Shown here: piece by piece, positions 35,740 through 46,132 of the stretch
How positions within the stretch are numbered: position 1 is the stretch's first letter
Layout: the number at the start of each line of letters is the position of its first letter
Assembly (NCBI GenBank): GCA_030648955.1
Contig: JAUSHB010000013.1
Location: 12,675 to 76,674 of the forward strand
Direction: 5' to 3'
Origin: a bacterium
GTDB taxonomy: Bacteria > Patescibacteriota > Minisyncoccia > Phycocordibacterales > JAUSHB01
DNA length: 64,000 nucleotides
Position numbers and translations under genes: made by a program
The notes under the pieces: model-generated
Told to the model about the DNA's origin: nothing
Seen by the model: the letters and a program-made list of their open reading frames with translations, nothing else
Databases searched by the model: none

Positions 35740-38182
35740 TCTGCTCCTTTAATCCCCCCCATGAATCCCCGACAGAAATATTGACCTCAAGCGGTATGGA
35801 AAGTTTGGCAACACTTTCCATCCCGTGTTTGATGATTTTTGCCACCGCGGGAATCGTGTCTTCTTCAACTTCATAAATAAGTTCGTCATGAACCTGGAGA
35901 ATGATGTGTGCTTTTTTCAAGAGCCCCTCTTTCTCAAGTGCGTCATCAACCTTTTTCATCGCAATCCTTATGAGATCGGCGGCAGTTCCCTGGATGGGAG
36001 CATTTTGCGCCATGCGTTCCGCGGAAGCTCTGATGAACGGAAGTGATGATTTGATGCTTTCAAAATAACGCCGCCTGCCAAAAAACGTCTCGGTGTACCC
36101 CTTCTTCCGCGCGGCGTTCTTGGTATTTTCAAAATATGCCGCAATGCTCGGAAACTTTTTGAAATAATTATTGTAAAATTCCTGTGCTTCTTCGCGTGTC
36201 CCGCCAAGATTCCCACGCAAGGCGTTCACCCCCATGCCATAGATGATCCCGAAGTTGATGACTTTCGCCTTGCGTCGCATGTCCTTGGTCACTTCGTTTT
36301 CTTTCACGCCAAATACAAATGCCGCGACTCCCGCATGCACATCTTTTCCTTCTTGAAAAAATTTCCGCAGATGTTTGTCTTCCGAAAGCTCTGCCAACAC
36401 GCGCATCTCGATCTGCGAATAATCTCCCGCTATGAGCTTGTGTCCCTTCGCGGCGATGAAAGCATTGCGAATCGCTTTGCCAAATCCTTCGCTTGTCGGG
36501 ATGTTCTGAAGGTTGGGATTACTTGATGACATCCTACCTGTGGTCGTCCCTGTCTGGTTTAAATTCGCATGAAGTCTGCCGTCTTTACCTGCCATTTCGG
36601 GAATGTTGTCGATGTAGGTAGAGAGAAGTTTTTGAAGCTCGCGATATGCAAGAATGTGGTCGATGACGGGATGCACGCCTTGGAGTTTCTCCAATTCAGA
36701 CTCGCGCGTTGAACGCGCACCACCCGCGGTTTTCTTGAGTCCTTTCACCGATAATTTCATATTATCGAAAAGAACGACACCAAGCTGTTTTGGTGAATTG
36801 ATATTGAATTTCTCTCCAGCACTTTCCCATATCTTCTCTTCAAGCACGGAAAGTTTTTTGTGATAATCCTTGGAAAGGTCTTTGAGATACGCGATATCGA
36901 CAAGCACACCACGCTCTTCGGCGCGTTTTATAATCGGAATGAGGGGAAGCTCGATTTCGTGATAAAGCTTTTCAAGTCCTCGCGTTTTTAGTTCCTTGAG
37001 AAGTTCCCCGAGTGATTCCTGTATGGTATCTTTTCCGCCTGCCTGCACTGGTGTCGCAGGCGCGGTAGGCAGGCTCCACTGCAAAATGTCTTCTCTCTTG
37101 GGATTGGTGATATCTGAATTGATGAGCCAGAGCGCAATTTGCGCTTTTTTAAAATCTTCTTCGGAGATCGGCTCTTGGTCGAGAGAAAGTTTCATGTTTC
37201 CCGTTTTAGTCGTTGTTTCACTGGTTGCTTGTGTGGATTCTTTTTTTGCTTCCGTGGGATTCAAAATATCCTTCACGCGGTCTCGCAAGCTTCTGAAATC
37301 AAGGTCGGTAAAAAGAGTCTCGAGTTTTTTTGGTTCAAACGACGCGCGCCATTCCTCTTTCGGGATGGAAAATTCGATGGGCGCATCACGGCGAATCGTC
37401 GCAAGTGTTTTTGAAAAGATTGCTTCTTCCTCGCCTTCTTCCAAAAGTTTTATAATACGATCTTTGATTCCCACGTCCTTCAGTGCTGTGGGATTTTTCT
37501 TGAGTTTTTTATACATATCCTCAATGGTATGGAAATTGGTGATGAGTATTGTTGCGGTTTTTTCGCCAATCCCTTTTATACCAATAATATTGTCCGATGG
37601 ATCACCACGAAGCCCTTTCCAGTCGGGAAGAAATTTCGGTTCAAATCCAAAACGCTTCATTACTTCGTCTTCGTCATACGTAATGGTGTCATTGATCCCT
37701 TTTTTAAGCGTATATACAACGACCCGTTTGTCGTCAACAAGCTGGAGTGTGTCCATATCGCCTGACGCGATAATAATTTTTACATTGTTGTTGTTTTTGA
37801 GTTTTTCGACAATGGTTCCTAAAATATCATCGGCCTCAAATCCTGCTTTTTCGTAGATGGGAATCCCAAACGCAGTAAAAACATCTTGGGAGCGCTTGAT
37901 TTGATGCACAAGTTCGTCGTCTGTTTTAGGACGACCTACTTTATACGCATCATATGCTTCATGGCGAAATGTTGGCTCAGGTCGGTCATAACAAGCAATG
38001 ACGTAGTCAGGAGTGAGTTCGCGGATGATCTTCATAAGCATCGTGGAGAGTCCATAGAGTGCGCCAGTGGGTTCGCCCTTGCGTGAAGAAAAACCCGGGA
38101 GCGCGTGGTACGCCCGATGGAGGATCGCGTGTGCATCCAAAAGAACTATTGTCTTTTTTTCCTTGTCTGATTTTTGCTTCAT
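35732..38182 (-). CDS. polA: DNA polymerase I (5'-3' exonuclease plus polymerase domains)
   Basis: The N-terminal 5'-nuclease is LLDAHAILHRAYHA. The polymerase motifs are A (DYSQIEMRVLA), B (RRKAKVINFGIIYGM) and C (VHDE). Confidence 0.9.
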   Translation of the reverse strand: MKQKSDKEKKTIVLLDAHAILHRAYHALPGFSSRKGEPTGALYGLSTMLMKIIRELTPDYVIACYDRPEPTFRHEAYDAYKVGRPKTDDELVHQIKRSQDVFTAFGIPIYEKAGFEADDILGTIVEKLKNNNNVKIIIASGDMDTLQLVDDKRVVVYTLKKGINDTITYDEDEVMKRFGFEPKFLPDWKGLRGDPSDNIIGIKGIGEKTATILITNFHTIEDMYKKLKKNPTALKDVGIKDRIIKLLEEGEEEAIFSKTLATIRRDAPIEFSIPKEEWRASFEPKKLETLFTDLDFRSLRDRVKDILNPTEAKKESTQATSETTTKTGNMKLSLDQEPISEEDFKKAQIALWLINSDITNPKREDILQWSLPTAPATPVQAGGKDTIQESLGELLKELKTRGLEKLYHEIELPLIPIIKRAEERGVLVDIAYLKDLSKDYHKKLSVLEEKIWESAGEKFNINSPKQLGVVLFDNMKLSVKGLKKTAGGARSTRESELEKLQGVHPVIDHILAYRELQKLLSTYIDNIPEMAGKDGRLHANLNQTGTTTGRMSSSNPNLQNIPTSEGFGKAIRNAFIAAKGHKLIAGDYSQIEMRVLAELSEDKHLRKFFQEGKDVHAGVAAFVFGVKENEVTKDMRRKAKVINFGIIYGMGVNALRGNLGGTREEAQEFYNNYFKKFPSIAAYFENTKNAARKKGYTETFFGRRRYFESIKSSLPFIRASAERMAQNAPIQGTAADLIRIAMKKVDDALEKEGLLKKAHIILQVHDELIYEVEEDTIPAVAKIIKHGMESVAKLSIPLEVNISVGDSWGGLKEQNV

Positions 38183-38319
38183 GGTTTTATTAAAACTGTA
38201 TTGTGGTACTTATCTTAATTCAAAGTTTAAAAATCAAAATGTAAAACTACAGTGCAAAATGTAAAAATGAAAATTTTTTGAACTTTTACCTGCCATTTTG
38301 ATTTTTAATATTTTAACTT

Positions 38320-38766
38320 TTATTTTACTCTAATTTCCCTCGTATGTTCACTTACGAACCGAAATTCTATTCTCATTGCATCTTTTGGCAATGCCCCCTT
38401 TACGCATTCCGGCCACTCAATCAATATCAATATTTTGGAGTCTTCTATGACCTCATCCCAATTAAGTGCGTTTAATTCTTTTTTGTCTTCCAATCGATAC
38501 GCATCAATGTGAACAAGTTTTGAAAATTCTTTGCCTGGCGGAAGTGTGTAGATTTTCTCAAGAACAAAAGTTGGGCTCGTGACGGTGTTTTTGACCCCGA
38601 GTGCTTGCGCCACTCCTTTTACAAACGCCGTTTTTCCCGACCCAAGCTCGCCAGAAAGACCAACAACAGTGGCGCCTAGTTGTTTTTTTTGTTTCGATAT
38701 CTCGCGAATAAATTGCGCAGCAAATTTCTCCGTGTCTTTGATGTCCTTCGATGTAAAAACTGCCAT
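38320..38766 (-). CDS. tsaE: tRNA threonylcarbamoyladenosine biosynthesis protein TsaE
   Basis: It has the P-loop GELGSGKTAFVKG and the SPTF motif. Confidence 0.8.
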   Translation of the reverse strand: MAVFTSKDIKDTEKFAAQFIREISKQKKQLGATVVGLSGELGSGKTAFVKGVAQALGVKNTVTSPTFVLEKIYTLPPGKEFSKLVHIDAYRLEDKKELNALNWDEVIEDSKILILIEWPECVKGALPKDAMRIEFRFVSEHTREIRVK

Positions 38767-38956
38767 AGGGTCATTCTACACTGGAAAAAACCTACCGCCA
38801 ACAACCGACAATATTTGACACATATCTCATACCTAGGCATGAGATATGTGTCATGGGTGTCATTACTCAACAGAACAAAAAAATATTTGTTTTGTTAAAA
38901 AAAGTTTGTGCTCTATAATAAACCTGGTTCGTTTATCACAACTAATAAATTTGTAC

Positions 38957-40108
38957 ATGAAAATTGAGCAAAAAAAATGGACACCTGAAACTGGGTGGAA
39001 AACACTATCGTTTACTACGCCCATAGATGCCCCGGAGCTTGTGTTTCTTTTTGGAGGAAATGCGCCACTCAAAAATCAGATGATGTTTGGTGAAGTTCGT
39101 TCGTGGTACCCCCACTCACACATCATAAGCGCTTCCACGGCAGGGGAAATAATTGGGACAGAGGTCTCTGATGATACGTTGGTTTTAATGGCGATAAAGT
39201 TTGAAAAAACCACACTTCAATTTACCGAGGCGCATATTGACCATACCGAAGAAAGTGAACTTGTTGGTAAAAAACTCGCGCAAGCGCTTCCGAAGGAAGA
39301 GTTGGTTCATGTGATGATTTTTTCTGATGGTCTTTTTGTGAACGGAACCGCCTTAGTGAAGGGACTTCTTTCAGAATTACCCCCGCATGTTTCTGTAACA
39401 GGAGGTTTGGTGGGTGACGGATCTCGCTTTAAAGAAACCCTCCTTGGACTTGATAAATTACCAGAAATAAAAAAACTTGTTTGTGTTGGGTTTTACGGCT
39501 CAAATATAAAAATAGGGTACGGATCGTTGGGGGGATGGGATTCATTCGGTGTTTCTCGTCTTATTACCAAGGCAACAGGAAATGTACTTTATGAGCTTGA
39601 TAGTAAGCCAGCTCTCACTATCTACAAAGAATACCTTGGTGATTTAGCAAAAGATCTTCCCGCAAGCGGTCTTCTCTTCCCGATTAGCTTAAAAGTGATA
39701 AACGATAAAGGAGAGGAAGATGAGCTCGTGCGAACACTCCTTGGGGTTGATGAAGAAACTCAATCAATGACTTTTGCTGGCGATATGCCAGAGGGGGTTG
39801 TTGCCCGATTCATGAAGGCAAACTTTGATCGTCTTATTGACGGCGCTTCTCGAGCGGCAAATATGAGTATTGAAAGTTTGGGAAATGAAAAGGCTGATAT
39901 CGCAATTTTAATTAGCTGTATCGGCAGAAAGCTTGTCCTTAAAGAACGCACCGAGGATGAACTTCTGGCAGTGCAAGAAAAAATAGGGCGCCAGGCGGCA
40001 ATCATCGGGTTTTACTCATACGGCGAAATCTGTCCAACAACTTCCACTGAACGACAGTGTCAGCTTCATAACCAAACCATGACGATCACCACATTTCGAG
40101 AACTATAA
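38957..40108 (+). CDS. FIST sensory domain protein (FIST-N plus FIST-C)
   Basis: The sequence ...GGNAPLKN...HIISASTAGEI...ILISCIGRKLVLKERTEDE...IGFYSYGEICP is FIST_C-like. The start was set at MKIEQKKW. Confidence 0.65.
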   Translation: MKIEQKKWTPETGWKTLSFTTPIDAPELVFLFGGNAPLKNQMMFGEVRSWYPHSHIISASTAGEIIGTEVSDDTLVLMAIKFEKTTLQFTEAHIDHTEESELVGKKLAQALPKEELVHVMIFSDGLFVNGTALVKGLLSELPPHVSVTGGLVGDGSRFKETLLGLDKLPEIKKLVCVGFYGSNIKIGYGSLGGWDSFGVSRLITKATGNVLYELDSKPALTIYKEYLGDLAKDLPASGLLFPISLKVINDKGEEDELVRTLLGVDEETQSMTFAGDMPEGVVARFMKANFDRLIDGASRAANMSIESLGNEKADIAILISCIGRKLVLKERTEDELLAVQEKIGRQAAIIGFYSYGEICPTTSTERQCQLHNQTMTITTFREL

Positions 40109-40113
40109 AAACG

Positions 40114-41169
40114 ATGCACCACATCCTTGAACGCCAAGTAAGAAAATTTTTCAAAGAAGGCACCCCGCTTTCTTTGGACATACAGACTTTGCTAAAAATA
40201 GTGAGCGATACATATGATAACTACGACAAAGATCGCCAGTTTATGGAACGTTCGTTCGACCTAAGTTCAGAAGAGTTCATGGAACTCAACCACAAAATAG
40301 TGAAGTTGTTCGAAGAATTAAAAGCAGAAAAGGAGAGTGTTGAACAAAAAGTAGTACAAAGAACTCAAGAACTCAAACAAAAAATAGAGGAGCTCAATAT
40401 AAGCAACCAGCTACTTATTAAACGCGAGGAAGATCTTGTTCGCGCAAATGACCGCCTACGCGAACTTGATAAAATAAAGACTGAATTTATCTCCGTAGCA
40501 GCACACCAACTTCGTACCCCGCTTTCTGCAATCAAGTGGACCCTTTCATTATTAATCGATGAGCACTCAGACAACCTTAATCCAAAACAACGATCCCTTC
40601 TTCAAAAGGGATTCGAAAGCAATGAACGTATTATTACTCTTGTTAATGAAATGCTTGTGGTAACGCGCATAGAGTCAGGTAAAATGCGATATGATTTTAC
40701 GTTCATTCACACCGAGGATTTGATTGACAGCGTACTTTCCGACTTTGTAAGCCCGGCCAAGGTACGGAACATCAACCTGTCATACGAAAAACCCCCTATT
40801 TCATTGCCTCGCATTAATGCGGATCCTGGGAAAATACGTGCGGTACTTCAAAATTTAATTGAAAATGCGATCTTTTACACCCGCGAGGGCGGTAGGGTTA
40901 CTGTTTCTACAAAAATAGAAAATGATTTTGTAAAATTTATTGTGAACGATAACGGAATCGGTATTCCCGAGCAACAGCAGTCAAGTATTTTTACTAAATT
41001 CTTTCGCGCTGATAACGCAGTGAGACTTGAAACTGACGGCTCTGGGCTTGGTCTTTTTATAGCAAAAAGTATTGTGGATAAACATGGTGGAGCCATTGGT
41101 TTTGACAGCAAGGAAAATATCGGCACCACTTTTTATTTCACCATACCGATTGTTGGTATTCCCATGTAA
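40114..41169 (+). CDS. Sensor histidine kinase (cytoplasmic, coiled-coil, HisKA, HATPase)
   Basis: It has the H-box AAHQLRTPLSAIKW, the N-box LQNLIENAIFYT and G-boxes DNGIGIP...GSGLGL. Confidence 0.85.
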   Translation: MHHILERQVRKFFKEGTPLSLDIQTLLKIVSDTYDNYDKDRQFMERSFDLSSEEFMELNHKIVKLFEELKAEKESVEQKVVQRTQELKQKIEELNISNQLLIKREEDLVRANDRLRELDKIKTEFISVAAHQLRTPLSAIKWTLSLLIDEHSDNLNPKQRSLLQKGFESNERIITLVNEMLVVTRIESGKMRYDFTFIHTEDLIDSVLSDFVSPAKVRNINLSYEKPPISLPRINADPGKIRAVLQNLIENAIFYTREGGRVTVSTKIENDFVKFIVNDNGIGIPEQQQSSIFTKFFRADNAVRLETDGSGLGLFIAKSIVDKHGGAIGFDSKENIGTTFYFTIPIVGIPM

Positions 41170-41210
41170 AATTTATTTAAAATATTTCATATAATCATAG
41201 TACACACGCC

Positions 41211-42008
41211 ATGGAACAACATAAAAAAATTCTTATCATCGAAGACGACCACACATTAGGAAACCTTCTTTTGGATAAATTGACTGCCGAAGGATACACT
41301 GTTTTTTTTGAAACCGACGGTCAGGTGGGGCTTCAAAAGATACGTGATTTAAAGCCAGACATGGTCCTTCTTGATATTGTACTGCCAAACAAGAATGGAT
41401 ATGATATTCTTGATGAAGTAAGTAAAGATCCCGAGCTTAAGAAAATCTGTATGATCGTTATTTCTGGTTCCGGTCAGCCGGTTGATTTGAAAAGAATTTT
41501 GGATCTTGGCGCAAAGGATTATCTCATTAAAACAGAGTTTGACCCCGGCGAATTGCTTATAAAAATGAAAAAACATCTTGCTGATGAAAACTCGCAAGTA
41601 AAAAAAGTGATGAGTAAAAAAAATTCTGATATAAAAATTATGATTGTGGAGGATGATCCATTTCTTTCTTCTATCGCCTCTTCGCGCATGGAAAGAGAGG
41701 GCTACAAGATTTCTGTAGCAATGAATGGGGAAGAAGCCCTGACTCTTCTTGAAAACAATATTCCGGACTTGATACTTCTCGATATTATTATGCCGGGTAT
41801 GAACGGATTTGAAGTGCTCAAAAAAATAAAATCCAATGAACGCTTGAAAGACGTACTCATAATTATTTTTTCTAATCTTAGCCAAGAACACGAGATCGAA
41901 GAAGCAAAAAATTTAGGCGCAGATGATTTTCTCATTAAAGCGAATTTTACCCCCATGGAGATCATTGAGAAAATAAACATTCTTTTAAAACAAAAAGGTA
42001 AACTGTAA
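41211..42008 (+). CDS. Response regulator with two tandem receiver (REC) domains and no output domain
   Basis: KILIIEDD...LLDIVLP and KIMIVEDD...LLDIIMPGMNG each carry the conserved Asp and Lys. Confidence 0.85.
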   Translation: MEQHKKILIIEDDHTLGNLLLDKLTAEGYTVFFETDGQVGLQKIRDLKPDMVLLDIVLPNKNGYDILDEVSKDPELKKICMIVISGSGQPVDLKRILDLGAKDYLIKTEFDPGELLIKMKKHLADENSQVKKVMSKKNSDIKIMIVEDDPFLSSIASSRMEREGYKISVAMNGEEALTLLENNIPDLILLDIIMPGMNGFEVLKKIKSNERLKDVLIIIFSNLSQEHEIEEAKNLGADDFLIKANFTPMEIIEKINILLKQKGKL

Positions 42009-42042
42009 AATACCGCGTGACTCCGTGGGATTTTGTATAGTA

Positions 42043-43101
42043 TTACTTAATCACCCGTGACACATCTTCACCATCTTCTCTTTCACTCACCACACTCAAC
42101 TCATGTCGTTTCTTTTCTTCTTTTCTTTTTTGATATCTGTCAACCACGTGGTCAATTGCGATCACAATAAGGATAATAAGTAAGAATATAAGGAGCCAGC
42201 CGGCGAGGGAATTTGGGAATCCATCACTGAAAATACCCACCATTGCTGTGTTGGTTGCTTTACTTGAAGATGTCTTTGTTGTTTTAGGTGGTGTTGTATT
42301 TGTTTCTCCGCCTATTTCGGAAGGAAAACTTTCTGTGGTGGAAGCGGACGTAATGGAAGTGACTCCTGTGGACGGAGTCGACGTAATACTATTTATGTCT
42401 CCTGTTTTAAAACTGTAAATACTCCCCGGTGCTAGTCCATCAGCATTTTGTGCAACTGCTTTGAAATAATAAATAGTGTTGGGGCTTAGATCAGAAAGCG
42501 AGTAGTTAAAATTTCCCGCCAAGGTACCTTGATTTGCTTTTGGTGTTTGTTTCCCTAATGACTGCGTCGTCCCCCATTCAAACCAGCGTACGGTATCAGA
42601 TGTTCCGAGCGGATTTACCGCCCCATTAAGCACCGCCGAAGAACCAGTTACATTACTCGCCGTTCTCGTTTCTACGGTTGGAATCTGTTGAGAAGGATAT
42701 TGGATTTTTGTAGTACTAAAACTTAATGTTTGGCCATATTGCGTTTCCCCTGTCTCGTGTGATACGGCAACGGCTCGATAATAATATGTTTTTCCTTGTT
42801 CTAGTCCATATTGAGATTTACGGAATACTCCAGAACCAGAAATAGCTGCGATTCCAGTTGTATTATTAAGTAAATAGCTTTCTCCCCATTCAAAATATAT
42901 AGTGCTATATCCGCCGAGGTTAGAAACAAATCCATTCAATATTGCCCCTCCTTGATTAACACCCGTAACATCATTGGTTTTCACCGTGAGATTCCCCGCA
43001 AATGCGGGAAATGAAAAAACGGGTACCGAGAAAACAACGGCAACCGCAAGTAGAATTTTAAGGAATATATTAACTTGTTTATTTCTTGTATCTTTTCTCA
43101 T
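42043..43101 (-). CDS. Cell-surface protein with repeated Fn3-like domains and a C-terminal TM anchor
   Basis: It has an N-terminal signal/TM, three repeats (AILNGFVSNLGG...FEWG; AVLNGAVNPLGT...FEWG), and a C-terminal hydrophobic helix with a basic tail. Confidence 0.6.
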   Translation of the reverse strand: MRKDTRNKQVNIFLKILLAVAVVFSVPVFSFPAFAGNLTVKTNDVTGVNQGGAILNGFVSNLGGYSTIYFEWGESYLLNNTTGIAAISGSGVFRKSQYGLEQGKTYYYRAVAVSHETGETQYGQTLSFSTTKIQYPSQQIPTVETRTASNVTGSSAVLNGAVNPLGTSDTVRWFEWGTTQSLGKQTPKANQGTLAGNFNYSLSDLSPNTIYYFKAVAQNADGLAPGSIYSFKTGDINSITSTPSTGVTSITSASTTESFPSEIGGETNTTPPKTTKTSSSKATNTAMVGIFSDGFPNSLAGWLLIFLLIILIVIAIDHVVDRYQKRKEEKKRHELSVVSEREDGEDVSRVIK

Positions 43102-43286
43102 ATCGCAAGTAATGTTTTTATATGGTTAGCACTTTATCATATATTATATATTATGTCAACCCCCTCGTAATCTAGGTTCAACAAGTAAGTGCAACGTGCT
43201 CAATTAATCGGGAAAAGAAAAACCCGGCAGGAATCATTATGATTCGCTCGCCGGGCTCAAGATGCATAAGCATCTTACAATGTACT

Positions 43287-43856
43287 TTACCTATGTCGAT
43301 ATCGGTAGTAGGTTCTTGACTTCCGATCATTCTCGCGACGGAAGTTGTCCCACCATGCATCATAGTTTCCATTTCTCCGTCCATGGTAACTCCCGCCATA
43401 GTCATCACCCCCCACACCATCAACTTTGACCATGAGTTTTTCAGTTTCAACTCGCGCCCCGTTTACAGATGCTTGGTGAAAAATGTAACTGCAATCAGGG
43501 ATTTCTCTTTTCGCGTAGGTGCTGGATGTGCTCGCGCGAAGCTCTTGGCACGTGTTATACAATTCAACAGCTTCTTTGCTGTTGGCCTGTCCACGAAGAG
43601 CGGTTGTGCTTTTGTTTCCTCCTCTTTTTTCTACCATCTCAATTTCCTTGGCATCTTTGCGATTCTGCGAATCGCTCAAAACACCAATTCCCGCACCGAG
43701 AAGACCTCCGATAACTGCGCCCTTGTTGCCATGGACTGCACCTCCAATAAGACCCCCGGCAACCGTATTGGTTACTGTATTATTGTAACCGTCAGTTGCA
43801 CAACCCGTCATCACTGCAAGTAAAACCGCAACAACAGTAAACCGAATTGTTTTCAT
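43287..43856 (-). CDS. Glycine-zipper lipoprotein
   Basis: It has a lipobox LAVMTGC followed by a GxxxG zipper AGGLIGGAVHGNKGAVIGGLLGAGIG. Confidence 0.6.
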   Translation of the reverse strand: MKTIRFTVVAVLLAVMTGCATDGYNNTVTNTVAGGLIGGAVHGNKGAVIGGLLGAGIGVLSDSQNRKDAKEIEMVEKRGGNKSTTALRGQANSKEAVELYNTCQELRASTSSTYAKREIPDCSYIFHQASVNGARVETEKLMVKVDGVGGDDYGGSYHGRRNGNYDAWWDNFRRENDRKSRTYYRYRHR

Positions 43857-44042
43857 AGTAAACTCCTTCCGGAAAAGCCGGATATGGTTAATGGGTATTT
43901 TCTGCGGTCATTATAGAGTATTTCTATTACTTTGTCAAGCTCACGTTAGTGCCTCAACTAAGCCTTCTTTTTGGTACACACGAGCCCCTGTTTTCAACAA
44001 AATGTGTTGTGTTTTGAGGGCATTAAGGTACTATTGAGTCAA

Positions 44043-45728
44043 ATGGTGCAATTTGACGAAACAAAACAGAAAAAAAGGCTCGAGGAGTTGCGTAGACACG
44101 AGGAAGAACAGCTTATGCAGATGCTCTCTTCAAAATATGGCATTCCTTATATTGACCTCGCCTCCACCCCGATAAGTAATGATGCAATCACGCTCGTCAC
44201 CGAAGAATTTGCTCGAGAAAACGGCATTGGATTATTTAAAAAAACAGGGAAAGACCTTTTGGATGTTGCTATTGTTTCTCCTAATAACGAAAATACAACC
44301 CGTGCGCTTGGCATTCTTGAAGAACGCGGTTATAAAATAAATCTCCACCTATCTTCACATGCGAGTCTGGAAAAAATCTGGGATCGTTATAAAGATGTTT
44401 CCCTCGCGCAAAAATCAGAAGCGGGTGTGTTTGATATTTCCCATGCCGGTGTAGAAGAACTCGCGGAAAAACTCCACAGCCAAGGAGATGTAGAAAAACT
44501 TATCACAGAAATTACGTCACAGAAGGGCATTCATCAAGTCTCGAAAGTTTTTGAAATTATTCTTGGTGGTGCAATTGCGATTGGTGCTTCCGACATCCAC
44601 CTTGAACCGCAAGAAGGGGATGTGCGTTTGCGATACCGTCTCGATGGAATTCTGGAAGACGTTACGTCAATTGACCACCGAATATATAAACTTCTCATCT
44701 CTCGTCTCAAGTTACTTTCAGGACTTAAGTTGAATATTTCCGGCGACACGCAGGATGGTCGCTTCAGTATTAAACTCAAAGGAATCGATATTGAGATTCG
44801 TACATCCCTTCTCCCTGGCTCATATGGCGAAGGAGTGGTACTTCGAATCTTGAATCCAGAATCAATATCTGTTTCCCTTGAAAGTCTCGGCATGGAAGAG
44901 GATCTTCTTAAGGTGATTTACCATGAGATTAACAAACCAAATGGAATGATTTTGACTACCGGTCCAACCGGTTCGGGAAAAACTACTTCGCTCTATGCGT
45001 TTCTCCGTAAGGTATACACGCCGGAAATTAAGATCATCACCATCGAAGATCCGATTGAATATCACTTGAAAGGAATTACACAAACCCAAGTGGATACTAA
45101 TTCAAACTACACCTTCCTCTCTGGACTCCGAGCCGCACTGCGCCAAGATCCCGATGTCATCATGATCGGCGAGATCCGCGATGGCGAGACGGCAAAAATC
45201 GCCATTAATTCAGCACTCACTGGTCACTTGGTGCTCTCAACCCTTCACACGAACAATGCCGCTGGGGTCATTCCGCGTTTAATCGACCTTGGTGTGAACC
45301 CGAAAGTGCTCTCCGCCGCACTCACTCTTTCAATCGCCCAACGTCTTGTTCGTAAATTATGCCAGTTTTGTAAAAAAGAAGATGCACCCAACGAGCGCGA
45401 GGTAAAAATTTTAACAAAAATTTTAGCATCCGTGGAAGAAAAGAAGCAAGGGAAAAGTTATCCATTGACGAAGGTGTGGCGCGCGGTAGGATGTGATAAG
45501 TGTAATCATACTGGGTACAAAGGTCGCCTTGGTGTATATGAGGCAATCCTCCTAGACGCAAAGGTTGAGAAAGTCCTTACACAAAACCCCAATGAACGCG
45601 ATATTATTGAGGCATCAAAGGGACAGGGTATTTTGGATATGAGAGAAGACGGAGCGGTGAAAATTTCCACGGGCGTTACTTCAATGGAAGAAGTGGAACG
45701 AGTGGTAGATATGGAGAAAGATCTTTAA
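44043..45728 (+). CDS. pilB: Type IV pilus assembly ATPase PilB/GspE family
   Basis: It has Walker A GPTGSGKTTSLYA, Asp/His boxes, a tetracysteine CQFC...CDKC and a GspE N-domain. The start was set at MVQFDETKQ. Confidence 0.85.
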   Translation: MVQFDETKQKKRLEELRRHEEEQLMQMLSSKYGIPYIDLASTPISNDAITLVTEEFARENGIGLFKKTGKDLLDVAIVSPNNENTTRALGILEERGYKINLHLSSHASLEKIWDRYKDVSLAQKSEAGVFDISHAGVEELAEKLHSQGDVEKLITEITSQKGIHQVSKVFEIILGGAIAIGASDIHLEPQEGDVRLRYRLDGILEDVTSIDHRIYKLLISRLKLLSGLKLNISGDTQDGRFSIKLKGIDIEIRTSLLPGSYGEGVVLRILNPESISVSLESLGMEEDLLKVIYHEINKPNGMILTTGPTGSGKTTSLYAFLRKVYTPEIKIITIEDPIEYHLKGITQTQVDTNSNYTFLSGLRAALRQDPDVIMIGEIRDGETAKIAINSALTGHLVLSTLHTNNAAGVIPRLIDLGVNPKVLSAALTLSIAQRLVRKLCQFCKKEDAPNEREVKILTKILASVEEKKQGKSYPLTKVWRAVGCDKCNHTGYKGRLGVYEAILLDAKVEKVLTQNPNERDIIEASKGQGILDMREDGAVKISTGVTSMEEVERVVDMEKDL

Positions 45729-46132
45729 AAACCATAGAACGTAGAGCGTTGAACAAAAACACTCCAGCACATAAACCTCTAAGCAATTCTTTTGGCATTA
45801 TGCCGAAAGTGAAGCACGCTTCAAAGGATAACCCCAGGAAATCTTCCGCAAGGGAAGGTACCAGAACGTCCTCGATGCGTACCATGGAAACATTGGCTGT
45901 TCAATTGTTTAGAGGTTTATATGCTGGAATCCCGTGTGAAGTTGTCGGTGTTCGATTGCCAAATTGTTGTATACTTATCTCAATGTTTGCTTTTGAAACA
46001 TTGGGCAATAAAAACAATTACAACTTCTGACGGGACTGGAACAAAAAAGTAATTTTCCAAAAAATAAAAGGAAAGCTACTTGAGAATTTAGTTTTTTAAG
46101 AACTGCGTAAAGCATAGCATAAAGAGAAAAAT

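Noticed and set aside
38180-38320. AAAATGTAAAA direct repeats in the polA-tsaE spacer as a regulatory array
   Set aside because: They are too short and AT-rich to distinguish from promoter and UP-element composition.
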